A DNA stretch of 63,273 nt, filler included, from Olpidium bornovanus S191 (Eukaryota > Fungi > Olpidiomycota), in assembly GCA_017911155.1 (NCBI GenBank). It is 29 parts of 29 records of this genome, joined end to end, with 100 filler letters (N's around TTAATTAATTAA, not from the genome) between each part and the next. Parts side by side here need not be neighbours in the genome. Positions count along the whole stretch, not along the records: positions 11,215 to 12,805 come from JAEFCI010010610.1; positions 12,906 to 16,607 come from JAEFCI010003232.1; positions 16,708 to 19,192 come from JAEFCI010007588.1; positions 19,293 to 20,534 come from JAEFCI010003000.1; positions 20,635 to 23,447 come from JAEFCI010002726.1; positions 23,548 to 25,128 come from JAEFCI010000186.1; 23 more parts are not named here. One strand, written 5' to 3'. The translations under genes and the position numbers were made by a program. Shown here piece by piece: positions 11,215 to 23,595 of this stretch. Under the pieces are notes generated by a model, which made no database searches, had not been told where the DNA came from, and worked only from the letters and a program-made list of their open reading frames with translations. Each line of letters opens with the position of its first letter. The first letter of the stretch is position 1.

Positions 11215-11826
11215 CCAGAAGGAAATTGAGAAGCACCTCGTTGACGTCGGCCTCGACCCGGAATTTGCTACCCACGCCCACATCCGCGGCCTGTCCGGCG
11301 GGCAGAAAGTCCGTCTGGTCATCGGTGCCGCCATGTGGAACCGGCCGCACATGCTTGTGCTCGACGAGCCGACCAATTACCTTGACCGCGATTCTCTTGG
11401 CGCTTTGGCTAGTGCCATTAAGGAGGTTCGACCCAAGGACATTACTTTCACCGAATTTCGTCCGTCTCCGTCAACTCTGCGCTAACTCTGAGTTCGTCGG
11501 TTTTCGCGTTGTGCTGTGCGTTTCAGTATGGCGGTGGCGTCGTCATGATCACCCATAACTCCGAATTCTCCTCCGCGCTTTGCGGCGAGGTTTGGGCCGT
11601 CAAGGACGGCCAGCTGACGGCTTCAGGCCACAACTGGGTTGTCGGCAACGGCTCTGGGCCCAAGATCAAAGAGAAGGAAGAGGAGGATCAGTTTGATGCC
11701 ATGGGCAACAAAATCACTGTCTCCAAGAAGAAGAAGCTTACCGGCAAAGAGCTCCGCCAGAAGAAGAAGGACCGCGCCGCACGGCGGAAGCGCGGGGAAG
11801 AGGTCTTCTCCGATGAGGACGATTGA
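11215..11826 (+). CDS. YEF3: eEF3, 3' part (overlaps the 5' contig by 121 bp)
   Basis: 11215-11335 matches 7919-8039. It continues [24 protein letters not shown], has a GT-AG intron at 11426-11526, then [14 protein letters not shown], a Lys-rich tail and EEVFSDEDD-stop. Confidence 0.97.
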
Positions 11827-12677
11827 CGAGCCGATAAAACGCGAATTCACGTTTTGTTTTTTCTTGAGCTTTTGTGTAATCTTTTTTTTTCTTTACGTTT
11901 TCAAATTGTCAGACGCACCGTTTACTGTAGCATTTCCATGCACTAGCAACCTCGCTTTGCCCCTGCTGCTGTTTTTGAAAACGATGACGTAACTCGTCCC
12001 CCACGCATCTCCCCCCCGCCCCCCACCACGCCGTAGAGTTGTACTTATCATCGCTAACCGGCTCGCTACACCAGAAAATAACAGCAAAATCGTTGCCGAC
12101 TTTCAAGCATTAGGACGAGCAAAAGCGGGAGAAGTCGGATTTATAAGCGGTTTATGCTTCGGACTCTGGCGCTGGCCCGGTTATGGAAAATCGTTCGATT
12201 TCTTAAAAGCGCGCGGGGGAACGTTTTATCGTTCCGGTCGCAGGCTCATGTTTTCGGCGTGTTCTACCGCATCGAAGCTCTCCCAAACACGCTTTCAGCA
12301 GCAGGACCCGCATCTCGAGCGCAAAAAAAAAAATAAATTGCGAGGGGGGCGGGGGGGCAGGGGGGTGGTGAGTGGTCTGCCAACAGTTTTCCGTCTGTCG
12401 ATTTTCAACACTTTTCCGTCGATCTATTTATTCCTTTAGCGCAAGGGCCCGCATTTTTTTTTTTCTTCTTTTTTTCCGTCCACCTATTTACGCGAAAGAG
12501 AATTTTTTTTTTGTCGGGAATTTTCCGGGGTAAGACGACACCCTTCCTGGGCGAGGAGCCACAAGCCGTCAGGCCAAAAAGGTTTTTTTTTTTTTTTTTT
12601 GTTTTCTCCCCGTCTTGGGGCAGGGAAACAAAATACTTCCCTCTTGCTGCTGCTACGGGGGCCGGGGGGCGTCTTGT

Positions 12678-12713
<36 letters not shown>

Positions 12714-12905
12714 CCCCGCTTTCACGTCTCTTTCTGACGACCGGAAGGGAGTCTCTCTCGGCACGAGCGCGAGCGGAAAAAAAAAAAAAAAAAAAAAAAA
12801 AAAAANNNNNNNNNNNNNNNNNNNNNNNNNNNNNNNNNNNNNNNNNNNNTTAATTAATTAANNNNNNNNNNNNNNNNNNNNNNNNNNNNNNNNNNNNNNN
12901 NNNNN

Positions 12906-14290
12906 ACAACCTTCTGCGCCTCCGCCGTCGAGTAGAGCTCTGTTAAGCTGACTGGCGCAGTCAGCGGTTGCTTCTCCATCGACTGCAGAGTGTTGGTGTT
13001 CGGCACCACGGCGTGGTAGATCATGTCGTTGTCGTGCGTCTGCTTCGCCTTCTTCTCCGACACCACCGACTGGTTGGACTTGGTTATCTCGGCCAGTGAT
13101 GCGGCCGCGTCATGCGGTATTAGGGGAGTGTTGGTGGACACAGTGGAAAATTCCCGTACGGTACGCGACGCCTCCTTAGCCGCCTGCTCCGCGACAGTGT
13201 ACCGCGCGAGGGCCTCGCCGTGGTTAACTTCCGCCTCCACAGCCAAGCCCTTGTTATACTGTGCCAGCGCGTTAAAATAGCTGGCTTTGACCTTTCGGCG
13301 GGACATAAATTTGCTGGATATTGGTATCCCAGGCCCCCTCGAAGTCGGAGCGAGGACGAAAGATGCGTGTCCACGGCCTGGCGCAACACGTACGGTACAC
13401 CCACCTGGACAAGCTTCAGCCAAGCCTTGTCGATCCATCCCTTTTTCTCGAGCTCACCAAACTGGTCGGCGATCTTGGCGTATTCCTCCGCGGCGTGGGC
13501 CGCAATTTTGGCGATGAGACCGGGCTTCTTTTTCTCCCCCAGGCTCTTTTCGAGCATGCACTCCTGAGCCTGCGCGAGTGTGAGCTGGGAAAGGACCTTG
13601 ACGGACTCGCGGGACAGATCGGCCGAGGGGGCGTGGAGGAAGTTGTCGTTGATGAAGTTGAACACCCCCGCGGCACACTGCAGGTAGCGGTAGGCCCTCT
13701 TGAGACCGTCGACCTCGGACCGGGTCTGGCCCGAGGCCATCGCGGTGAGAGTGGCGGCGATGTTGAAGATAACGCACGCCTTCTCGTAGGCAAGGCTGTG
13801 CTGAGCAGTGGCGCGACCGGTAAAAGCGTCGTACCAGTTGAAGTGGACTTTGACGTGGCCGTCCTTTTCGTCGACGGGAAAGCGCAGGTCGAGCAGCTCC
13901 AGCTGGCGGTAGTACTTGTAGAGGATGTCCAACCCCGTGGAATCTGGCCCTGCGCCGCGCATGTCGTTGCGCAGCTGGTGGAAGGTGGCGCACTCCGGAG
14001 CGTAGTCGTCCGGATCTTCCTGGTAGACATCGGCGATGTACCGCTTCAGCGGCGAGGCCCAGTCCAGATCGTCCGTCCGCTTGAGCGGCACCTGGATGAA
14101 CGGCGACTGAGGCTAACGCGCGGGCAATGCGAGAGTCAGGACGGGAAGAGCGAGGGATGCGCACGTCGGGGGCGCCTGTCCGGGCGTCCGCGCACAGCGG
14201 TACGCGGGCAAGGCGCCACACCCCTCGTCCGGCGGGCGCCACGGCGAGTGCCGGGCCGAAAGCAGGCAACCAAAGGCCGCGCCGTACCAT
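12906..14290 (-). CDS. BRO1: BRO1-domain ESCRT-associated protein (Bro1/Alix family), 3' truncated
   Basis: ATG-only exon 14290-14288, intron to 14113, exon 14112-13405 (QSPFIQVPLKRTDDLDW...FNWYDAF...YEKACVIFNIAA...AAGVF...LTLAQAQEC), intron 13404-13292, exon from 13291 (VKASYFNALAQY...HDNDMIYH). Confidence 0.92.
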
Positions 14291-16107
14291 CTCGGGAGCC
14301 TGCCGCCCAGTGTTCGCGCGGCGTGGTCGGTGTGGGAGAGGGTTCAACGTGGCGGGAAGGGCGCGGGGAGGCCGTCGGGCAGCAGAGGCGCGCTCGCTCC
14401 GCCCGCGCACCCGGCGCCCGCGGTCTCTCCGTCAATTGAAAAAAAAAAGGTGGCCTGAAGTAGAGATTGCGAACGCCACCCCCGCGACGGCAGGCAGCTT
14501 CTTCCCGTCGCCTCCTCCTCGCGGGCTCTCCGCGGAACTTCCTTCTCGCTTCCTTCCCGCCGCCGAAGCGGGACGGTCCCCCTCTTTACCCAACCGAACA
14601 CCCGCCAGTGCCAACGGTTGACCGCCCCCCAGGGCACTGATTTCACAGAGGTGCTTTGGCGTGCAGAGGAGCGACATCCCCCTCTCCCACCTTACCAGCA
14701 AAGGATCCTCCGCACCCAGCTTGCTTCCCTTCTGCACAGGTATCGACTTTTGTACAGGGTACCTGCGGCAACCCCCACCTTTGGGCGCCCTGTTGCACGT
14801 AGACGCAGTGGCAAAAAGGAGAGCACGCGCAGAGACCCACGGATCTTCAAGTACGTGGAGGCGGCCATTGGCAGCACTGGCAGTTAATAAAAGAAACAAG
14901 GGCAAATTCCATGACGAAAATTTACAGAGACATGTTACTGAAATCCTGGAGGCGTGTTGGTTAGCGGCGGCGGCCGGGGTTACCCACCAAAGCTGTTTCC
15001 TTGACGTGGTTAGCACAACTGCATCGACCACGAGGAGAGGGACACAACCGGATAGTTTCACCCCCATGGTGCAATTCCGTCGTGGTCGTTGTCGGTGTGG
15101 CGAGGGGAGGTCCCCGTAGCAGGGGGGAGTGTTGTCGGAACTCGCAATTGTAACCAAACCCCGGAGGAGGAAGGCGCGAATGCGACGCTCTAGGCGAGAT
15201 GGGAAGCAGAATTGAAGGCGGCCATCTCTACATGTCCCCGTGAGGGAGCCGTCCTTCCGTTATCTACTTCTAATCTGTTATGGTAAAGAACTTCGTTGCG
15301 AAGTTCCATGGGGTTTACGGGAGGAAGTAGTTCATGCCGCGCGAGATGCCTTTCGATTCGACTTGAAACCCCACTTTTTCTCCAACATGTGTCTCCGTAT
15401 TCGGGCGCAAAAGTTGGTGTTCTGCTGGTCGATCTCCTGGCGTAAAATAAAAAAATTCGAGAATGCCAGAAACATGTTCCCCGTTTCCCCATTCCCCCAA
15501 AATGTAAGTATAATGTAAATAATGATAATTATTAGTTAGTAATGTGTTATTGGCATATTTGTGGGTTGCGCACCGGCCGGCCGGTTAGGACAGGCCACCA
15601 ACGCCCGGTGAACGCGAGCCATTCGCTTCGGGGAAGCGGATTGGGACTACCGGAGGGGAGGGGGGAAAGGCTAAGGCACCGCAGGTCCCATCCCCCTCCC
15701 GCCCTTTCACCACACCTTTATTTGTTGCAATTCGTGGTTCCGTGCGCGCTCAGGGCCGCGAGCGATACACCTCTAATCGAAAGGGGATGGGGGAAGGAGG
15801 GGGGGGAGTAGGTGGGCGGTGTTATGCGTGTACCCCTGAGCGTGTGGCGTCAAAGCGCAGGCAAAAAGAAGAGAGAGCGCGCCACGAGGGCGAGGGGGAA
15901 GAGGGATTGTCGTGCTCCGCGGAAAAATAAAATTCTCGCGTTGGGACCTCGTTCCTGTTGGCCTTTCTTTCGTTTTCCACCGTAAGAGAAAAAAAGGAGG
16001 GGGAGAGAGAGAGAGTCGCGAGAAATCACGCCCAATCCCACTTTCTCTCCTCTCCCCTCCCCTCCCCTCCCTTTCCCATCCCCATCCCCTTTCCATTTTT
16101 TTGTTTT

Positions 16108-16340
16108 TCATTTCTTGTCTTTCCCGGTCTTCGCCTTCAAGTCCTTCTTGCCACGGTCGTCATCCTTCTGCTCCGTCCTCTTGATCTGTCCGGTGAGCTG
16201 CTCGTCGTAAACCGCCAGCTTGGACGACATCATCGACTGCAGCTCCTCGATCTTGTCGGCGAGCGTGGCTGTGATAAGCGCCTTCAGCTCGAACGCCGCC
16301 GCCTCCTGCTGCGGGGTCATCTTGTACTTCTTCTCGATAG
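16108..16340 (-). CDS. Terminal exon of a coiled-coil protein, possibly CFAP119/CCDC189-like (flagellar central pair)
   Basis: AG acceptor at 16342-16341, then IEKKYKMTPQQEAAAFELKALITATLADKIEELQSMMSSKLAVYDEQLTGQIKRTE...KAKTGKDKK-stop. The heptad pattern and basic tail resemble the recalled CFAP119 C-terminus. Confidence 0.4.
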
Positions 16341-17601
16341 CTTTTTTTGTTTTGTTTTTTTTGGTTTTTGTTTTGTTTTTGTGTTTTTGGTTTTTTGTTT
16401 CGTTTTTATTTGTTTTTCATTTTGTTTTTGTGTTTTTGGTTTTGTGTTTTTGGTTTTTTTTTGTTTTTTTGTTTGGTATTGTTTTGTTTTGGTTTTATTG
16501 TTTTGTTTTGGTTTTTTTTGTCGGAATTGGAGGATAACAACAACAAAAAATCAGCTCTTCGCGGGGGATGCGTAAAAAGGACGCAAACCAGGGGCGCAAT
16601 TTGCATGNNNNNNNNNNNNNNNNNNNNNNNNNNNNNNNNNNNNNNNNNNNNTTAATTAATTAANNNNNNNNNNNNNNNNNNNNNNNNNNNNNNNNNNNNN
16701 NNNNNNNCCCATGGCTTTCTTCCTCCACAGCGGTTGCGCTGGATCGATCCCGCGGCGGCGTCACAGACGCGCGGGAACTCGGAGGCCCCCTCGGTGCGGC
16801 ACGAGGGTGGGGCACGCCGTTGGCACGTTATTGTCAGTGGACGCGACAACCAATTGCCGGGGGGGGGGCAAGACACGTGTCGCGTTATTGCGCAAAAAAT
16901 AACAGGCCCGTCGCACCACTCCCACGAACCAAAAAAGGAAAACAGAAAACAACGCAAAACAAGAACAAAAAAAAAGAAAAGATAACAAAAAAAGGGATAA
17001 AGTAGGGAGCGGGGACGAAAGCGGGTGTCCCTGCCGCGCACGCCTGGTCGCGACCGGCAGATCGTCCGCCGCGATGGAAACCGACCGCGCGCGCGCACAG
17101 CGTCGGCGTCCGCGAGTCGTCCCGTCCTGGCGCGCGCATGCGAAACCCAGGGTGGGGCGGGGGAGACGGGCGAGTGGCGGGGTGAGGGGTTTCGGGACGT
17201 TGCATATTGGCCGGGGAAACGCGTGCATCCTTCGGGTTGCGACGCCAGGGCCACGCGTGCCGTTGTGGGAAACGGATGGCCAAAGGGCCGTTCCCCGGCG
17301 CCCGGTTTTCTTCCGAATCCAATTACCCCCGCTACCGCCCCTGCGCCCCAGCTCTCGCCGCAAAGGGCCGCCTGGCCCCAGGAGATGCATAGCGCCAGAA
17401 ATTGGTGCAAAACACGACTTTGAGCACAAAACAGTTCCATTCTTTTCGTTCGACAATGTTTCTAGGTACGGAAAGCGGCGCACTCTAACAAAAATTAGAA
17501 CGTGAAAAACATCCCAAAGGTTGTCGCTGCTCAAGAATTAAAGCCGCAGCTGGCATCATTCGTTGCTGAATGAGCTCTAGTACTAACCTTGGATTGCTCC
17601 G

Positions 17602-19061
17602 TCAAGTGGATGTTCTTTTCACCTTTTTATACTATATGCAGCGAATCAAACCATGACACAAACTTCCAGGACGCTCGGCGCAATGAATCTCTTACGTGGA
17701 TTCTCAGTGCATGGATCGTCCTTCCGGGGAAATTCCGCATGATGTTTACCCAGTTGGGTTTGTCCACGTTACCAACAAGATCTAGGAGTGTTTTGGTCTC
17801 GAGAGGTGACCAGTTGCGGGTGGCAGGTGAACGGAAGGAAGGACGCCGTACCTGCGTCATGTTGAACAAACTGCACCTTTTGGCTTGGCGGATAGACCGA
17901 AACTACCTTCCCGAATCCGGGTTAGCGTGAGTTGACAAGCGGCGAAAGAAAAACTAGTCAAACCAAGACGCGGTCGCTCATCACCTTACTCTCGCAAGCT
18001 ATAGGGGTTCTGCCCAACATAAATCCAATGTCACACCAGTGCATGTATGGGTTACTTGTGCATAATCGAATTAGGTCCGCAACTTGTTGCTGAGTCCAAT
18101 GTGTGCGGTGGCGTAAATGTAACTCTTCAGCATACGTCTTCGGGCGATCCTGACGGACGACTCTCATTAGTTCTTTAAACGTAGATGATATTAATGGGCT
18201 GGTTCTGCAAAAAAAAAATTGACTGCACTCGAGCAATAATTTCTCAGGGTTACCTGTGCTAATTGCAATAGACAGGGGCACATCCAGGTCGTTTTTCGCC
18301 ACCGCACTCAGGGTTGCTCCGTTCCTCGCTCGTTCAAGAGTTTTCGCGTAAGCTTCGTTTGACCTCTTGCCAACGAACCAACTGCGCCTTGTAGGATCCA
18401 ATTTATAAAGCCTTTTTCTTGCAGCATTCGCTGACCGACCCGGAAGGCGTCTCGATACCTCCAGCCAGCGGATCAAACGATTGCTTTCCAGCATCTTGTC
18501 GACTGCGGCCAGAAGAGTATTATCTTCCACAGACGTCCATTTTGTTCCTGACGGCCCTGCCAGTAGGCGCAACGCAACTGCCCTTTGCTGGCATGACTTT
18601 GCCGTGCGCCCAACGTCATCTGCAATGGCAGTCCAGTTGATGGTTTCATTGGACACTTTATGCACCTCTAGTGCAGTGCCAAGGGCTTGAGATTCTGTGG
18701 ATGACCATCTCTTTAAGGCTCCAATGTGGCGTGTGATCTTTGACCTCACAGAACACAAAGACCTTCGAATCTGCTCTGCAAATTCCTTCCAAGTAATCAC
18801 TTCCGGATGCTCCTTTTTGAGCTCGACAGTTTCCAGCAGCAGCCGGACCTCGGCTTCGCTCCATGCTATTCCCGAACGGCTTGTGCCTACTTCGGCACGG
18901 GGCACCGCGCGTTCGCCGTCCCCAGGAGGTTTTCCGCGGGCGATTGCGAGCACGCCGGAATCTGTAGCGCTGCACGCGCCGCTCCGTACCGTCGCCCGAG
19001 ACCGGTCGTTATCGGACGCGGCGCAGCGGAAGAACGCCGGAAAGCCGCGAAACACCGGCAA
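17602..19061 (-). CDS. Protein with five Myb/SANT repeats; start uncertain
   Basis: Repeats begin WSEAE, WSSTE, WTSVED, WTQQQ and WSPLE, each with a second Trp and a GR[TS] helix. Phase-0 GT-AG introns at 17985-17903 and 17695-17632 join CESK|FRSI and RIH|YKKVKRTST-stop. Confidence 0.75.
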
Positions 19062-20805
19062 CGCTGGTTGCCCAGACTGCGGAAACCCGAACGGATGCCA
19101 GGAAGAGATTGCCAGTTCCTGTCGCTGTTGGCCAAGCGATCCAGGGAGAGCGTGGAGGGCGAGCGCCGGAGCCCTAACCAGAAGCGTCGGGGNNNNNNNN
19201 NNNNNNNNNNNNNNNNNNNNNNNNNNNNNNNNNNNNTTAATTAATTAANNNNNNNNNNNNNNNNNNNNNNNNNNNNNNNNNNNNNNNNNNNNCACCCCGT
19301 GGCGTTCTTCCCGTGATATCCCCGTCCGTCCGTCCCGCCTGCCGCGTGCCAACTACCCGCGCGCAGCAGTCAACCTTGCCCGAACCCCCCCCCCCCCCTC
19401 CCGCGCCCCCCCCCCCCCCCCTCTCCCCCTCCCGACGCGGGTGAGCGGTGGAGGCCCCCCCCCGCGTCAACCCGCCCGAGCTGCTCTCCCGCACCGCCCG
19501 CAGCCCGCCGCCCGCCGCCTCCGCGTCGTCGCCGCCGCGCCTCAGAGAGAGGACGGGGGCAAAATAGAAAAGAAAAAACAAAAAAAAACTTTTTTTTTTA
19601 CCCTGCCCGCGAGAAAGAAAAGGAGGCGGCGGCGGCGGCCGTCCGCGGGGAAGTTTCTTGCAAAACCCCGCGGTTTGTTTTCCCAAAAGCGGGCGCGAAA
19701 AAAAAAACGCGCTGGTCGGAAGGAGAGCGCCCCCCCCCCCCCCCCCCCCCCCCTTCTTCCCTTTGACGGATTAATTGAAAAAGATGCGCTGTGGTCTTTC
19801 GCATAAGGTTGCGGGGCCAAATTGCCACGACAACAAATTTAGGGTTCTCTAATATGACTTTTATAAAACCCACCCACCATCCCCCGACCCCGGAATAAAC
19901 CCCCGCGCAAAAAAAAAAAAAAAAAAAAAAAACACAACGTGATGGAGCACCTTCTTAGTTTTCATGGCATTTCCGGAATGGGGTGGACGTGAGCGACCAG
20001 TACAGGAACATACTACTGCACGGAGCTGGCTGTGCTTGTACTTGGATGCCATTCTTTTTTCCGGATCTTTGGCACAACTATTGTAAATGCTTTCATTATT
20101 TCCAAAATGAATGGCGGACACAAAATCATAAGGATTTTTGCCATCAGCTCGCATGAGACCTCATGATGGAGGGAATTAGTGAAGAAACCTCGTCTGACAA
20201 GGCGTCGCCGCCGCCAAGAGGAAATAGCAACGGTGCGGCCTGCACAATCGCCGCACATCTCGAAATCGCAGATTGAGCTTCCGAGGACACGTTTTCTTCC
20301 CGGCTCCCATCTCCCATTGATTTACGAGGGTACCTCACGCTTAAGCTGCATTCTTTGTCACTACAAGGCAAACCAACTGAGAGACGAGCAGTTTACAGCA
20401 AAGGCATCAACATCATGCCAATAATCCACAGCGGAGGAACAGTGAACCACAAATATACTTAGCCGATGTTCGGGCAAACCGTTCACTGGGCAGCGGCAGC
20501 GGCAGCGGCGCGCCGCCGGTCCCTGAAGACGGTANNNNNNNNNNNNNNNNNNNNNNNNNNNNNNNNNNNNNNNNNNNNTTAATTAATTAANNNNNNNNNN
20601 NNNNNNNNNNNNNNNNNNNNNNNNNNNNNNNNNNCATGGGTCAAACAATGGAAGGAGTGGAACCATCAGACGTAAGAGACAAAAAAATAATTGTACTTTT
20701 TATTGTAACGATTACCTAATTTAACACTAAAAAATAAAACCTTCTGGTATGCTAACTGGAATAACACTGCGTTGTGTAGAATAAAGTGAGAGTGTGTGAA
20801 AACCA

Positions 20806-22667
20806 TTACGTGCTGATTGCTAATGAGATAATCGTGGCGCAAACATATTGCGCTGTTAAAATCAAATCTTGCTCCTGCCCAACCCTAACCAGCCCGCCGA
20901 AACCCCGCTCGCCGCCTCTCGCTCCCCAGGCCTTCAAGGAGGCCCTTTCTGGGGTGGAGGGGGAGGGAGGGGAGGGGGGGGAAGAAACGAGGGTGGGTGA
21001 GGTGGATTTTCGAGCTTGATTTGTTTTTTCTCGTTTGTGGAACTTTACTTTCCGTTGTTCCTGGCGTTTCTCTGGCATTTCCTCCAGAATAAAAAAAAAG
21101 AACAAAATTGCCCCCGACGGGGATCTGCATACCCCCAACGACTTCGCGGGCTTGCGAGGCGAAGGAACATAGGATCGACTTCACCTTTTGTGGTGGTGGC
21201 GGTTGTGGTTGCTGTCCAGTAAACGGCGGCAATCGCCGAAAAAGCCACCGCTTGTCGGGCTGCGGGCCGTCGTCGCTGTCGCCGTCCACGTCGTGGGTGA
21301 TGTCGACCTTGACGATCTGCAGGCAGAACTCGGCGACCATCATAGCGATCAGCCGGCCGCGCAGCTGGGCGGCGTCGTCGGCTGCGGCGGCGGCGGTAAC
21401 GCCGAGACCGAGGGCCGGGCCCTCGGCGCCGAGCGACGGGTCCGAAATCTGGTGGCTGCGGAGGTAGTCCGCGAGGACGTGGGCGGCCTTCCGCCGGCCG
21501 GCGCGGGTGTGGCCGCTCTCGTATCCTGTGAGTGTCGCGGGCATGTGGGGGGCGAGTCGCGCGTCCGCGCGGGAAAGGAAAAAAAAAATAAAATAAAATA
21601 AAATAAAACGTAAACAAACGGGCGGGGGGGCGGACAAGGGAAAAAACCCTCCCCCCCCCGCCCAGGGAGAGAAGCACGGCTCTACTTTCCGTCCCAAACA
21701 ACATACCCAAGTCTTCGACCATACGGTCCCACATGGGGCTCTTCGCGAATTTGAAGTAGCTGCCTTGCATGAGCGCGACCACGGCGTTTTTGGGCTTTTC
21801 GAATACCGTGGCCAGGGGCATGTCGTTTTCCAGCGCCTGCACTACGCTGCGGCTCGCGCGGGCGTCTACGTTGACCTCCAGAACACTGTTCCGGGCGAGG
21901 TAAAAGTTGAAGATGTGGGCGGCCACGCCGCACCTGTCTTCCTCCGAAGCGAAGTTGTAGGCCCTGTACTGCTCGACCTCGAGAAAGAAGAACTGGGGCG
22001 GCAGAGATGGGCTCGCGGGAGGCGCGAGCGCGCGCGCGCGCGGGTGGGGGGGTCAAAACTTACAACAACAACAAAAAAATAAGAAAAAGAACTCCCCGCA
22101 AAAACCAACCAAGTTCTCGCCGCAGTGGCTCTCCAGCAGCGAGCGCAGGAAGTAGCACATTGGCGCGACGCTCCGCAGCATCGCCTTGAGGCCGTCCTTT
22201 TCGATCTCGCGGACGGTGACGTCGTCGGGCGGGGCGACTCCGAAGAATCGCTTCAGCCTCGCCGCCGCCGCGAGCGTCTCGCCGCACCGCCGCCGCGGGT
22301 GGCGGGCGTGGAATGCGTCCGCAAGGCGGCGGGCGACGGCGGGGCGGCACGAGCGGGACGGCGCCGCGGTCGGGCGCCGACCGGCATCGGGCGTGCTGGG
22401 GGAGCGGTCGCGGGGCGCAGCGGCGGCGGCGCAGGAAGAGGAGGAGGAGGACGAGGAGGAGGAGGTGGTGGTGGTGGTGGCGGTGATGGTGGTGGTGGTG
22501 CTGATGGCGAAGTGCAGGCGGTGCGGGCGGTGAGGGAGGCGCAAGCGCGGATGGTGATGCTCCGGCTGTTTCACGTGCGCGGCCCGGGAGGCGGCGGAGC
22601 AGGGGGGCGGAGAGGAAGAGGGGATGGCGGAGGAGGCCGCGGCCTGCTCCTGCGCCTTGTCCATCAT
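20806..22667 (-). CDS. RGS (regulator of G-protein signalling) domain protein
   Basis: LKAMLRSVAPMCYFLRSLLESHCGENL|FFFLEVEQYR...IFNFYLARNSVLEVNVD...ALMQGSYFKFAKSPMW. Introns 22109-21993 and 21706-21526 are phase-consistent. The last intron (from 21132) and terminal exon are tentative. Confidence 0.82.
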
Positions 22668-23595
22668 CCTCGAGGACCAGCCTCGTCTATAATGATTGTT
22701 TGGAGGGATGTGGGGGGCGGGGAGAGGAGGGGTCGGATGAGAACGAAAGAAGGGATCGGGGAAAAGTGAGAGGAGGGGATGAGGAGTGAGGATGTCGGTG
22801 ATTTTCCCGCCTTTGCCCTCATTCGCTCAACAGAAAAAATGGCCACGCGACGAGGGAAGGGGGTTCCGGGGCTGGAGAGAGGGAGGGAAGGGGTTGGTGG
22901 GCGTGCGGCAGCGGCGGCTGCAGCTTGATCGCGGAGGTCCTTCGGCACGTCCCCCGAAAAATGAAAAAAGCGGGCGAGAAAGAAAAGAGTGAGGGGCACA
23001 TTTTCTGCCCCCGCCGCCTCCCCCTTTCGCCCCCCTCCCCCCTCCCTCCCCGGGGCACGCGCGCGCAAGCGGAAGTTCTTCTCTTTCCGATACGTGGCTG
23101 CGCCGCGTTTTTCGAATTTTTTTTTCCGAAATTTTGCGATTTGCACGCCCCGCGGGGAGGGAGGAGGAATCGAAGGTGGGGTGGGGAAGGGGGGGGGGGG
23201 GCGTGAAAGGGGTCAGGAGACCGTGCCCAAGGGGAGGGGCCTGGGTGAGTAAGCCGCGAGTTGATTCAAACCCGGAGCGTCGCCCTCGTCCTCGGCCCCT
23301 GCCACGTCTGCCATCTGCCGTCCGGCCATCTGCCGTCCGGCTCCGGCGGTCGTCCTCGGGCAAACAATTTCCTTCTCCGGGAGGGTTTCGACAACGACGG
23401 GGAAGTGTGCCGTCAACGTCCGTCCAGGTGTGCCGCGGCATCCATGANNNNNNNNNNNNNNNNNNNNNNNNNNNNNNNNNNNNNNNNNNNNTTAATTAAT
23501 TAANNNNNNNNNNNNNNNNNNNNNNNNNNNNNNNNNNNNNNNNNNNNAGCAATATTGATCTTTTCAACGAAAACTCCTCAGGATGTTTCCCCCAC

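Noticed and set aside
16341-16545. Phe/Val/Leu-rich 'membrane protein' ORFs
   Set aside because: They are translations of a T-rich low-complexity tract with no real coding signal.
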